Assembly: GCA_030634465.1 (NCBI GenBank)
Contig: DAOWAS010000001.1
Coordinates: forward strand, 3,780 to 67,779
DNA length: 64,000 bases
DNA from: Alphaproteobacteria bacterium
GTDB taxonomy: Bacteria > Pseudomonadota > Alphaproteobacteria > Sphingomonadales > SMXR01
Direction of reading: 5' to 3'
The notes under the pieces are model-generated. The model searched no databases. It saw only the letters and a list, made by a program, of their open reading frames with translations, and was not told the origin of the DNA. Both the position numbers and the translations under genes were made by a program. Numbering within the stretch: the first letter of the stretch is position 1; each line of letters begins with the position of its first letter. This document shows, piece after piece, positions 8,765-18,336 of this stretch.

Positions 8765-9226
8765 ATGTCTATAGAGCAAAAAATACAAGAACTAGGCCTT
8801 AACCTGCCCACCCCTGCCGTGGCTGTTGCCAACTATGTGCCGTTTGTCATTACGGGCAATTTGGTTAGTATTTCAGGGCAACTTCCTATGGGACCAGACG
8901 GCCCGATATATACTGGAAAAGTTGGTGATGATGTCACCCCAGAACAAGCTGTAGAGGCGGCACAGCAGTGCGCCTTAAATATTATTGCCCAACTAAAGCT
9001 GGCATTAGATGGCGACTTAAGCCGTGTTAATCAGGTGGTTCGTTTGGGCGGGTTTGTAAACTGTGTCGATGGCTTTTCGGGACAACCAGCAATTATTAAC
9101 GGTGCATCTGACCTTATGGTGGCACTGTTTGGTGACAAGGGTCGGCACTCACGCGCGGCAGTTGGGGTTAACGCCCTGCCCCTTAATGTTCCTGTGGAGA
9201 TTGATGCCCTAATTGAGATAAAATAA
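8765..9226 (+). CDS. RidA/YjgF family reactive-intermediate deaminase-like protein
   Basis: 153 aa with the YjgF/UK114 family pattern, including the C-terminal AAVGVNALPLNVPVEIDALIEI. Confidence 0.75.
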   Translation: MSIEQKIQELGLNLPTPAVAVANYVPFVITGNLVSISGQLPMGPDGPIYTGKVGDDVTPEQAVEAAQQCALNIIAQLKLALDGDLSRVNQVVRLGGFVNCVDGFSGQPAIINGASDLMVALFGDKGRHSRAAVGVNALPLNVPVEIDALIEIK

Positions 9227-9229
9227 TTT

Positions 9230-10399
9230 ATGGCAAAAAACACCCCATTAATCTTGGAACTTGCCCGCAACACTGCTGAAATTTCGCCATCTGACTGGCA
9301 AGCATGCGCGGGAGACGACAACCCGTTTTTAAGTCATGCTTTCTTACTAGCATTAGAAAACAGCAATTGCCTAAGCGAGGAAAATGGCTGGCTGACCTGC
9401 CACGGGGTGGTGAAAAACTCAGATGGTGACATTGTTGGAATATTGCCAGGTTTTATAAAGCACCATTCCATGGGTGAATATGTTTTTGACCAAAATTGGG
9501 CGCAGGCTTATGAAGCCGCAGGTGGGCATTATTACCCTAAATATTTATCGGCAATTCCCTTTACCCCTGTGGGTACAAAAAAACTGCTGATAAACAAAAA
9601 CCTGGCGGAAAATGATGCTGAACAGGTTCGGGATAAACTGTTAGAGGCACCCAAAGATATTATTAAAAAACTTGGGCTTTCGTCTTTTCACGCGACTTTC
9701 CTCAAAGAAAACGAAGCAAAACTGTTCGAGGGAAATGGCTATTTAATTCGTAACGATGCCCAATACCATTGGCAAAACAATGGTTATAAAAGCTTTGAAG
9801 AATTTTTAGACACCTTAACATCCCGCAAGCGAAAAACCATCAAACGTGAGCGTTACCTTGCCCTTAACGGTGGGGACGAACCACTGACCATAGACATAGT
9901 TACAGGTGCTGAAATAACTGAGGCACACTGGGATCATTTTTATAATTTTTATCTTTCCACATCCATGAACAAATGGGGCAGACCATATTTAACCCGTGAG
10001 TTTTTCTCGGAACTTGGCAAAACCATGGCTGAAAAAATTGTCCTGATATTTGCCAAACGCAGCGAAAATATAATTGCGGGCGCATTAAATTTTTTGGGCG
10101 ACAACACGCTTTATGGGCGCAACTGGGGGGCAAGCGAACACCACCCGTTTTTACATTTTGAGGTGTGCTATTATCAGGCTATTGAATTTGCCATAAAACA
10201 CGGGCTTAAAACTGTTGAGGCTGGTGCGCAGGGCGAACATAAAATAGCCAGAGGGTACGTGCCGAAAAAAACTTACTCAGCGCATTATTTCCAAGCACAA
10301 TCATTTCATGATGCCGTGGGCAAATTTTTAAACGACGAAAAACAGACAATCGAGCATTATATAAAAAACGCCAGCGAGCTTACTCCGTTCAAAAAATAA
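9230..10399 (+). CDS. FemAB-like / DUF482 N-acetyltransferase family protein
   Basis: 389 aa. From memory it matches the conserved alphaproteobacterial DUF482 family (HFEVCYY, EAGAQGEHKIARGY motifs). Confidence 0.6.
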   Translation: MAKNTPLILELARNTAEISPSDWQACAGDDNPFLSHAFLLALENSNCLSEENGWLTCHGVVKNSDGDIVGILPGFIKHHSMGEYVFDQNWAQAYEAAGGHYYPKYLSAIPFTPVGTKKLLINKNLAENDAEQVRDKLLEAPKDIIKKLGLSSFHATFLKENEAKLFEGNGYLIRNDAQYHWQNNGYKSFEEFLDTLTSRKRKTIKRERYLALNGGDEPLTIDIVTGAEITEAHWDHFYNFYLSTSMNKWGRPYLTREFFSELGKTMAEKIVLIFAKRSENIIAGALNFLGDNTLYGRNWGASEHHPFLHFEVCYYQAIEFAIKHGLKTVEAGAQGEHKIARGYVPKKTYSAHYFQAQSFHDAVGKFLNDEKQTIEHYIKNASELTPFKK

Positions 10400-10407
10400 G
10401 GGTGTTT

Positions 10408-12774
10408 TTATTTAGATGCCTTAGCTTTTTTCTTTGTTGTCTTTTTCTTAGCAGTTTTTTTGCTGGCTTTTGGTTTGCTCGTAGCACTAACACCTGCCAC
10501 CACTTCAAACACTAACTCATTATTTTTTTCGTGTACCTGCACTTCGCCGCCTTTGACCAGTTTGCCAAATAACAATTCGTCAGCCAACGGCTTTTTAATA
10601 TACTCTTGGATAACCCTGCCAAGTGGACGGGCGCCAAACTGTTTGTCATAGCCCTTTTTAGCCAGCCATTTTTTGGCATTGTCATCAAGGGCAATGTGAA
10701 CATTACGGTCACCCAACTGCATTTCTAGCTCTAAAATAAACTTCTCAACCACTTTTGAAATAACCTCAGGTGACAAGTTGGCAAAGCTTATGGTGGCATC
10801 CAAACGGTTGCGGAACTCAGGTGTGAACAAGCGTTTTATGGCCTCTTTATCATCACCCACACGCTCTTCACGGCCAAAACCAATGGCAGATTTTTCCAAC
10901 TCGCTGGCACCTGCATTTGTGGTCATTATCAGCACCACATTCCTAAAGTCCACATGCTTGCCGTTATGGTCGGTCAGGGTGCCATTATCCATAACCTGCA
11001 ACAAAATATTAAACAGGTCTGGGTGCGCCTTTTCCACCTCGTCCAGCAATAAAATTGAATGGGGGTGCTGGTCTATGGCATCGGTCAACAAACCACCTTG
11101 GTCAAAACCAACATAGCCTGGCGGTGCGCCAATAAGCCGTGAAATTGAATGCCGCTCCATATATTCTGACATATCAAAACGGTGCAGTTCCATGCCCATA
11201 ACGTGGGACAATTGCCGCGCCACCTCGGTTTTACCCACCCCTGTGGGGCCTGAAAATAAATAACTGCCAATTGGCTTGTTAGGGTCACGCAGACCTGCTC
11301 TTGCCAGCTTTATAGACGCGGCCAAGGCATCAATGGCGGTATCTTGCCCAAAGACAACGTGCTTCAGGTCTTTAGCAAGGTTTTTCATAATACGCTTATC
11401 ATCACGAGAAACAGATTTTGGCGGTATACGGGCAATGCTGGCAATTACGTTTTCAACGTCTTTTACACTTATGTTCACCTTGCGCTTACCCTTGGGTAAT
11501 AGCATTTGCGCGGCACCTACCTCGTCAATTACATCAATTGCCTTATCGGGCAATTTGCGGTCACTAATATAGCGCGCCGAAAGGTCAACCGCAGCTTTAA
11601 TGGCATCGTTTGAATATTTAACCCCGTGATATTTTTCATAATAAGGCTTTAGCCCCATCATAATTTTAACCGCATCATCTATGGATGGCTCCAAAACATC
11701 AATTTTTTGAAAACGACGCAACAAAGCGCGGTCTTTTTCAAAGTGCGAGCGAAACTCTTTATATGTGGTTGAACCCATGCAACGAAGCTGCCCTGATGCC
11801 AAAGCAGGCTTTAAAAGGTTAGAGGCATCCATAGCACCACCACTGGTGGCACCAGCACCAATAACAGTGTGAATTTCATCGATAAACAACACTGCGTCTT
11901 CGTGTTCTTCCAATTCCTTAACCACACCTTTTAAGCGTTCTTCAAAGTCACCACGGTATCTGGTTCCAGCTAACAATGCGCCCATATCAAGCGAATAAAC
12001 CGTAGTGTTTTTCAACACTTCTGGCACATTTCCATTAACAATATTAAGGGCCAAACCCTCAGCCAGCGCGGTTTTGCCCACCCCGCTTGAACCCACAAAC
12101 AATGGATTGTTTTTGGTGCGGCGACATAAAATTTGCACTGCACGGTCAATTTCAGCCTCACGACCAATAAGTGGATCAATGCGCCCATCTTGGGCTTTTT
12201 TGTTCAGGTCAACACAGTAACTGCCAAGGGCGCTAGTGTCTTCTTTACCGCCCATATCATCGCCGTGCTGTTCTTGACCTTCATCGCCTTCATGCTCAAT
12301 TCCGCTAACAGCTTTGTTTTCGCTGTAGCCTGATGCCTTGGCAATGCCGTGGGAAATGTAGCTAACGGCATCTAACCGCGTCATGTCCTGCTGTTGCAAG
12401 AAAAACACCGCATTGCTTTCACGCTCGGAAAACAGCGCCACCAAAACATTCGCACCTGTTGTTTCGGTTCGGCCTGAGCTTTGCACATGCAATATTGCTC
12501 GCTGTATAACCCGTTGAAAACCAGCAGTTGGCGTGGTTTCCAACTCATCTTCCTTAATGGTCAGGCTTTCCATTTCATGCTCTAGATAATGCTCTAGCTT
12601 TGCACGAAGTATTTCAACATCCACATTACACGCCCGCAAAACCGCCGCACCATCTTGGTCATCTATCAGGCTTAATAACAAATGCTCTAGCGTGGCATAC
12701 TCATGGCGCCTGCTACTGGCATCAGCCAAGGCGCGGTGGAGGGTGTCTTCTAACAATGGTGAAAAACTAGCCAT
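10408..12774 (-). CDS. clpA: ATP-dependent Clp protease ATP-binding subunit ClpA
   Basis: 788 aa with an N-terminal Clp_N repeat and two AAA+ modules (Walker A GSSGVGKT and GPTGVGKT). It lies downstream of clpS and carries an extra Lys-rich C-terminal tail. Confidence 0.95.
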   Translation of the reverse strand: MASFSPLLEDTLHRALADASSRRHEYATLEHLLLSLIDDQDGAAVLRACNVDVEILRAKLEHYLEHEMESLTIKEDELETTPTAGFQRVIQRAILHVQSSGRTETTGANVLVALFSERESNAVFFLQQQDMTRLDAVSYISHGIAKASGYSENKAVSGIEHEGDEGQEQHGDDMGGKEDTSALGSYCVDLNKKAQDGRIDPLIGREAEIDRAVQILCRRTKNNPLFVGSSGVGKTALAEGLALNIVNGNVPEVLKNTTVYSLDMGALLAGTRYRGDFEERLKGVVKELEEHEDAVLFIDEIHTVIGAGATSGGAMDASNLLKPALASGQLRCMGSTTYKEFRSHFEKDRALLRRFQKIDVLEPSIDDAVKIMMGLKPYYEKYHGVKYSNDAIKAAVDLSARYISDRKLPDKAIDVIDEVGAAQMLLPKGKRKVNISVKDVENVIASIARIPPKSVSRDDKRIMKNLAKDLKHVVFGQDTAIDALAASIKLARAGLRDPNKPIGSYLFSGPTGVGKTEVARQLSHVMGMELHRFDMSEYMERHSISRLIGAPPGYVGFDQGGLLTDAIDQHPHSILLLDEVEKAHPDLFNILLQVMDNGTLTDHNGKHVDFRNVVLIMTTNAGASELEKSAIGFGREERVGDDKEAIKRLFTPEFRNRLDATISFANLSPEVISKVVEKFILELEMQLGDRNVHIALDDNAKKWLAKKGYDKQFGARPLGRVIQEYIKKPLADELLFGKLVKGGEVQVHEKNNELVFEVVAGVSATSKPKASKKTAKKKTTKKKAKASK

Positions 12775-12810
12775 TTAAAATCCTATAATTCTTATTTTTC
12801 TTAGCTCTTT

Positions 12811-13212
12811 TTACGCTTCTTCCAAAGTGCATTGCAGTGGGTGTTCGTGCTTCTTTGCCAAGTCCAGCACATGGGTAACTTTTGTCTCTGCCACCTCGAA
12901 TGTAAAAACACCACATACTCCCACACCCTTGGTGTGTACCTGCAACATTACGTCAGTTGCGTCTTCGATGGATAGCCTGAAGTATTTTTGCAAAACATAA
13001 ATAACAAAGTCCATCGGAGTATAATCGTCATTCAATAACAAAACCTTATACATGGATGGTTTTTTAGTTTTGACCTTAGGCTTGGTAATTGTACCAGTGC
13101 CACGGTCATCGTTGCGGTCATTATCGTGGTGACGGTCGTGATCATCTCCGTCATCATGGTTGTCACCCATGCGGGGGATAATTTCATTGCTATATTTATT
13201 ATTATTTTTCAA
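12811..13212 (-). CDS. clpS: ATP-dependent Clp protease adaptor ClpS with extended His/Asp-rich N-terminus
   Basis: The core [25 protein letters not shown] is canonical ClpS. It is preceded by ~52 aa including [23 protein letters not shown]. Confidence 0.9.
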   Translation of the reverse strand: MKNNNKYSNEIIPRMGDNHDDGDDHDRHHDNDRNDDRGTGTITKPKVKTKKPSMYKVLLLNDDYTPMDFVIYVLQKYFRLSIEDATDVMLQVHTKGVGVCGVFTFEVAETKVTHVLDLAKKHEHPLQCTLEEA

Positions 13213-13259
13213 AACTTAATCTCTTTATTTCAACTCTTTGAATATTGGCATCTATATTT

Positions 13260-13718
13260 TTATTTCAACAAAATATCTTTGGCTTCGTTTATTTCTTTAG
13301 CTTGATAAGTGCTACCACCTTGGTCGGGGTGATATTTTTTCATTAGCTTTTTGTGGGCTTTTTTAATTTCACCCTCGTTAGCATTTACATTCACACCCAA
13401 AACATCTGCCGCATTTTCTTTGCTCATTGATGTTCTGTTATCTACGTTACCACCTGTTTGGCCGCTTCTGCCATTCATTTGCCGCCACAGGTTTTTCACC
13501 ATACGATAACGCTGATAGGCAACAAATGCACCAAACAATGTGGGTACGGACAGCACAAACCTGCCGCTTGCAAACAACCCTATAGTAGCTATTACAAACA
13601 GCAAAAATACGACAAAAGCCAAAACTACTTTAATGTTTTTTGGTGTAGTTTCGGTTAACCATTTTATAAACAGCAGACCCATACCTAAAACAAACAGACC
13701 TGCAACGAAATATGCCAT
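13260..13718 (-). CDS. Membrane-anchored J-domain protein (DjlA-like, short)
   Basis: Two N-terminal hydrophobic helices. The C-terminal J domain has an HPD motif (KKAHKKLMKKYHPDQGGS...INEAKDILL). Confidence 0.75.
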   Translation of the reverse strand: MAYFVAGLFVLGMGLLFIKWLTETTPKNIKVVLAFVVFLLFVIATIGLFASGRFVLSVPTLFGAFVAYQRYRMVKNLWRQMNGRSGQTGGNVDNRTSMSKENAADVLGVNVNANEGEIKKAHKKLMKKYHPDQGGSTYQAKEINEAKDILLK

Positions 13719-13906
13719 TTTTCTTCCTAAAACTTAGCCTAGTGTAATATTATCGCCCATAATAAATTTTTGAAACGTCAAAAGGGTGGTTTTTGTCTTT
13801 TTTGCAACACTAATACACTTACTTGCGGGCATTACATTACAAAATACTATATATGGGGATAAAAAATTACTTCAATGGTATATTAAAAATCCTGTTTTTT
13901 AAGGAT

Positions 13907-14788
13907 ATGGGCAAAATGATTAAAAAGAACTTCATAGGGCTTGGCTTGATACTGGTCTTTGCTTTTTTTCTGCCCACATCCACCGCTATTACTCTGGTGG
14001 AAAATGCCCATAGTAATCTGTTTTTTGGCGACCGCATTTCATACCTAAACCATCACCCTGCCAATACTCAAAAAACACCACCTATTTTTTCACTAGATCA
14101 AAGACAAAATGTTGAGCGTAATTTTCTGGCTAACCTGCCAAAAAACTTGGAACAAATGGATGTTAAAACCCGCAAAAATCAATTTGTCGCCACTCTTTTA
14201 CCGCTAATATTAAGGGTTAATGAGCTGATAGTTGAAGAGCGGGAACAAGTTAAGTTTCTTATGGCTAAACAGTGGCTTAGCTTTAATGAAGAAACATGGC
14301 TGTTGCAAACTGCCCTGCGCTACAAACTATCCAATGATAGTGTTTCAAGCATAGATGTTTCAGAACTTTTACTGCGTATGAATACCATTCCACCCTCCCT
14401 TGCCCTTGCCCAAGCGGCAATTGAAAGTGGTTGGGGTACATCGCGTTTTGCCCAGCAAGCCAACGCACTTTACGGGCAATGGACGTGGAGCGACACTGAC
14501 AGTGCTGGTCTGGTGCCAAGTGGCCGAGCTGAGGGCGAGCGTCACCGCATTAAGTCTTTTGCTTATCTTATACAATCGGTTCGTGCTTATGCCCTTAACC
14601 TAAACTCGCACAATGCTTATGCTGATTTTCGCACCACCAGAGCATTAGATAATGATGGCAATGATCTGACCAATACATTGATTGCATATTCCACCCGCAG
14701 AGAGGCATATGTGCAGGACTTACAAGCAATTATCCGCACCAACCAATTTGCAAAGCTTGACCAAATGCTGCTAACCCCAGCATTGTAA
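13907..14788 (+). CDS. Glucosaminidase-domain (Bax/FlgJ-like) secreted peptidoglycan hydrolase
   Basis: Muramidase/glucosaminidase signature LALAQAAIESGWGTSRFAQQANALYGQW. The signal-like N-terminus MIKKNFIGLGLILVFAFF suggests a start at 13907 or 13916 rather than the track TTG at 13823. Confidence 0.75.
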   Translation: MGKMIKKNFIGLGLILVFAFFLPTSTAITLVENAHSNLFFGDRISYLNHHPANTQKTPPIFSLDQRQNVERNFLANLPKNLEQMDVKTRKNQFVATLLPLILRVNELIVEEREQVKFLMAKQWLSFNEETWLLQTALRYKLSNDSVSSIDVSELLLRMNTIPPSLALAQAAIESGWGTSRFAQQANALYGQWTWSDTDSAGLVPSGRAEGERHRIKSFAYLIQSVRAYALNLNSHNAYADFRTTRALDNDGNDLTNTLIAYSTRREAYVQDLQAIIRTNQFAKLDQMLLTPAL

Positions 14789-14796
14789 GGTAAATT

Positions 14797-15648
14797 ATGA
14801 CCCAGAAAAACATAGCCATAATACGAAACGTAACAGACCTGCGCCAAACCATTGCTAAATGGCGGGCTGAAGGTCACAGCATTGGCTTGGTGCCAACCAT
14901 GGGTGCATTGCACGCGGGGCATCTGTCGCTTGTTACTAAAATGCTTGGGCAAACTGATAAGGTTATCGCCAGCATTTTTGTAAACCCCAAGCAATTTGGT
15001 GCTGGTGAAGATTTAGACCGTTATCCAAAAAACGAAGATGCTGATTGCAAAATGCTAAGCGAAACTGGCGCCCACGCCGTGTTTATTCCTGATTGTGCGA
15101 GCATTTACCCTGAGGGTTTTTCTACCAACATCACCGTGGCAGGGCTAAGCGATGACCTGTGTGGCAAAGCTAGACCGGGGCATTTTGATGGTGTTTCAAC
15201 CATAGTCACCAAGCTTCTAGTGCAGGCCATGCCTGATGTGGCTATTTTTGGCGAAAAGGACTTTCAACAACTGGCGGTTATAAAGCGGTTGCAACAAGAC
15301 CTTGACCTGCCCACTAAAATTATCAGCGGTGCTATTGTGCGTGAGGATGATGGCTTGGCACTATCATCACGCAATGCCTATTTAACTGCTGATGAGCGTA
15401 AAATTGCCGCTTTATTGTCAGCAACGCTAAAACAAGCAGTTGCTAGGGCAAATGCGGGTGAAGACCTGCGGGTTATAGAAGCTGAAAGCACGCTGTACCT
15501 TTTAAAAGCTGGCTTTAAAGCGGTGGACTATTTTAGTTTTGTTGACGCAAACACCTTAAAACAAGTTAATGACCTTAGCGGGCAGACAAGGGTTTTAGTC
15601 GCCGCCCACTTGGGCAAAACTCGTTTGATAGACAATTTTGCTGTTTAA
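14797..15648 (+). CDS. panC: Pantoate--beta-alanine ligase
   Basis: 283 aa with VPTMGALHAGHLSL (HxGH nucleotidyltransferase motif) and family-typical length. Confidence 0.93.
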   Translation: MTQKNIAIIRNVTDLRQTIAKWRAEGHSIGLVPTMGALHAGHLSLVTKMLGQTDKVIASIFVNPKQFGAGEDLDRYPKNEDADCKMLSETGAHAVFIPDCASIYPEGFSTNITVAGLSDDLCGKARPGHFDGVSTIVTKLLVQAMPDVAIFGEKDFQQLAVIKRLQQDLDLPTKIISGAIVREDDGLALSSRNAYLTADERKIAALLSATLKQAVARANAGEDLRVIEAESTLYLLKAGFKAVDYFSFVDANTLKQVNDLSGQTRVLVAAHLGKTRLIDNFAV

Positions 15649-15657
15649 TTAGCTAAA

Positions 15658-16860
15658 TCAAACCCGCTCAATAATAATGGCGATACCCTGCCCCACACCA
15701 ATACACATGGTTGCCAGAGCATATTTACCTTGAGTTTCTTCCAACTGGTGCATGGCTGTCAGCACCAAACGCGCACCCGACATGCCAAGTGGATGCCCAA
15801 GGGCAATGGCACCACCATTTGGGTTTACCCTGCTGTCATCATCTGCCAAACCTAGCTGACGGGTTACCGCCAAACCTTGCGCGGCAAAGGCTTCGTTCAG
15901 CTCAATAACATCCATGTCTTTTAGGGTTAAGCCAGTTTGTTTTAACAATTTTTCCGTGGCGGGTGCAGGGCCAATGCCCATAATGCGTGGCGGCACACCA
16001 GCAACGGCGGACGCGATAACCTTTGCCCGCGGGGTTAGGCCATGTGCCTCAGCCCCACTTGCACTTGCCAACAACAACGCACATGCTCCATCGTTCACGC
16101 CTGATGCATTGCCCGCAGTTATCGAACCACCTTGTCTAAACGGTGTGCCAAGGCTCGCTAATTTTTCTAAGCTAGACAGCCGTGGGTGTTCATCCACCGT
16201 AAACATTGCGGTTTCCTTGCGATTAATACGCACTTCAACAGGGACAATTTCTTTGGCTAAACGACCACTAGCAATGGCGGCGGCGGCCTTTTCTTGTGAG
16301 CGGAGGGCAAAGGCATCTTGATCTTGGCGTGAGATGTTAAATTCAACAGCCACATTTTCTGCAGTTTCAGGCATGCTATCAATGCCGAAGTTTTTCTCCA
16401 TCAGTTTGTTTACAAATCGCCAACCAATGGTGGTGTCGTACATTTCTGCATTACGAGAAAATGCTGTGTCTGCCTTTGGCATTACAAATGGTGCACGGGT
16501 CATGCTTTCAACCCCGCCTGCTAGCATCAGTTCAGCCTCGCCAGACTTTATCGCGCGCGAGCAACCCGCCACAGCATCCATGCCAGAACCACACAAACGG
16601 TTTATGGTGGCGCCTGGCACGCTAGTGCCAAGCCCTGCTAACAGTGCCGCCATGCGGGCAACATTGCGGTTGTCTTCGCCTGCTTGGTTGGCACAGCCCA
16701 TCAACACATCATCCACAGCATCCCAGTTAACACCTGCGTTACGCTCTTTTAATGCTTTTAATGGAATAGCCGCCAAATCGTCAGCCCTGACACCTTTTAA
16801 GCTACCACCAAAACGACCAATTGGTGTGCGCACACCATCACAAATAAACGCCTCAGACAT
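15658..16860 (-). CDS. paaJ: 3-oxoadipyl-CoA / 3-oxo-5,6-dehydrosuberyl-CoA thiolase
   Basis: 400-aa thiolase with the catalytic Cys context NRLCGSGMDA and C-terminal CIGVGQGIA. The assignment to paaJ rests on adjacency to paaG/paaI/paaZ. Confidence 0.8.
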   Translation of the reverse strand: MSEAFICDGVRTPIGRFGGSLKGVRADDLAAIPLKALKERNAGVNWDAVDDVLMGCANQAGEDNRNVARMAALLAGLGTSVPGATINRLCGSGMDAVAGCSRAIKSGEAELMLAGGVESMTRAPFVMPKADTAFSRNAEMYDTTIGWRFVNKLMEKNFGIDSMPETAENVAVEFNISRQDQDAFALRSQEKAAAAIASGRLAKEIVPVEVRINRKETAMFTVDEHPRLSSLEKLASLGTPFRQGGSITAGNASGVNDGACALLLASASGAEAHGLTPRAKVIASAVAGVPPRIMGIGPAPATEKLLKQTGLTLKDMDVIELNEAFAAQGLAVTRQLGLADDDSRVNPNGGAIALGHPLGMSGARLVLTAMHQLEETQGKYALATMCIGVGQGIAIIIERV

Positions 16861-16880
16861 ATCCTCGCTCCACTTATTTA

Positions 16881-17702
16881 TTATTTCTTATTTGTTTTTT
16901 TACCTGTGAACACAGGGCTTCTTTTTTCCATAAAGGCGGCAACGCCTTCCATATAATCGTCGCTTTCACCCGCCTGCTTTTGGCTTTCAGCCTCTAACGC
17001 CAATTGGGTGTGGTAATCATTCCCTAATGAGGCATTTAACGCCCGCTTGGTCAGGGTTAGGCCCCATGTTGGCCCTGTGGCTAACTTTTCAGCCATGCTT
17101 ACCGCAGCAGCCATAAAACTATCATCAGGCAGACATTTCCATATCATGCCCCAGTTTTCAGCATCGCTTGCGGACAAAGCCTCGCCCAACAATGTTAAGC
17201 CCTTGGCTCGTGCCATACCCACACTGCGCGGCAGGTTATAAGTGCCACCACAGTCTGGCACCAGACCAATTTTTGAGAAAACCTGAATAAACTTTGCGCT
17301 TTCACTTGCCACCACAATATCGCAAGCAAGGGCAATGTTTGCCCCTGCCCCTGCGGCAACACCGTTTACGGCACAAATGGTGGGAATATCTAATTTTTCC
17401 AAACGTTCCAAAACAGGGTGATAACCATTTAGCAAATTGTCCGACAGGTCATAACGCTCACCTTCTGGCAATGGGGCTCGCGCGCCCAAATCTTGCCCAG
17501 CACAAAAACCACGCCCAGCCCCTGTTAACAGTAATGTCCTGACATCAGAATTTGCGGCAATTTCATCCAAGGCCGAGGCAAGCTCACCCAACATTTCCAT
17601 GGTGCAGGCATTTAGCTTTTCGGGTCGGTTCAGGGTAAGTGTGGCAACCCCGTTTGAAACATCCATTAAAATTGTTTTGTAAGCCATAAAATAATCACCC
17701 AT
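16881..17702 (-). CDS. paaG: 2-(1,2-epoxy-1,2-dihydrophenyl)acetyl-CoA isomerase (crotonase family)
   Basis: Strong resemblance to E. coli PaaG blocks from memory (TLTLNRPEKLN, LLLTGAGRGFCAGQDL, CAVNGVAAGAGANIALACDIV, KIGLVPDCGGT, FMEKRSPVFTGK). The start may be the Met 5 codons downstream. Confidence 0.85.
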   Translation of the reverse strand: MGDYFMAYKTILMDVSNGVATLTLNRPEKLNACTMEMLGELASALDEIAANSDVRTLLLTGAGRGFCAGQDLGARAPLPEGERYDLSDNLLNGYHPVLERLEKLDIPTICAVNGVAAGAGANIALACDIVVASESAKFIQVFSKIGLVPDCGGTYNLPRSVGMARAKGLTLLGEALSASDAENWGMIWKCLPDDSFMAAAVSMAEKLATGPTWGLTLTKRALNASLGNDYHTQLALEAESQKQAGESDDYMEGVAAFMEKRSPVFTGKKTNKK

Positions 17703-17793
17703 AAATAAGCCCAGCTTTTCCTTGTCATTGTGTGAAACGAACGCTAGCTTTTGTCAATGTTTGCTGGAAACATTTAAGTAAAAAGGCGATCTC

Positions 17794-18231
17794 ATGAAAA
17801 ACCCCGATAAAGATTTTCTAGAAAAATTTAAAAATGGTGATGTGGACAAAAATGCCACCATACCCAGCCCTATCGGTGAATATTTACAAGCCAGCATCAT
17901 AGATGTTGACGATGATGCCTACAAGCTAAGCATGGGGTTTGAAGGGCAAGACCATATGTATAATGGTGCGGGGGTTATTCAGGGCGGCATATTAACCAGC
18001 ATGTTGGACACCACCATGGCGTTTAACGTGCTTAGCCATGTTAAGCTCGAGCAAAGCACCGCAACCATCAGCATTAATACTGACTTTTTAAATGCCGCAA
18101 AAACTGGCTCTTTTGTGGCTGAGGCCGAGATAACCCGCATGGGTCGCAACATTGCTTTTGCCAAAGCTACGCTTAAGAATGCTGAGGGTACGCTTATCGC
18201 TTCAGCCACGGCGAACTTTGCTATTTCATAA
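17794..18231 (+). CDS. paaI: PaaI-family hotdog-fold acyl-CoA thioesterase
   Basis: 145 aa with a hotdog thioesterase pattern (NGAGVIQGGILTSMLDTTMA...RMGRNIAFAKATL). Context is within paa genes. Confidence 0.7.
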   Translation: MKNPDKDFLEKFKNGDVDKNATIPSPIGEYLQASIIDVDDDAYKLSMGFEGQDHMYNGAGVIQGGILTSMLDTTMAFNVLSHVKLEQSTATISINTDFLNAAKTGSFVAEAEITRMGRNIAFAKATLKNAEGTLIASATANFAIS

Positions 18232-18336
18232 CAGCTTTTTAATTCCTATAAGCACAGCAATTCATTGACTGGTCGGTCGGTGAATGTATGCTAGTAGCAA
18301 GTTCACGTTCACCCTTATTTTTCAAAGGTTACCGCC

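Noticed and set aside
16334-16909. A 191-aa plus-strand ORF antisense to paaJ. The same class includes 54304-54927 (207 aa, antisense to the AsmA gene), 49099-49641 (180 aa, antisense to folA/thyA), 30305-30796, 41957-42400 and 47962-48444.
   Set aside because: All lie entirely inside strongly supported genes on the opposite strand, have no recognisable domains, and show antisense-frame composition.
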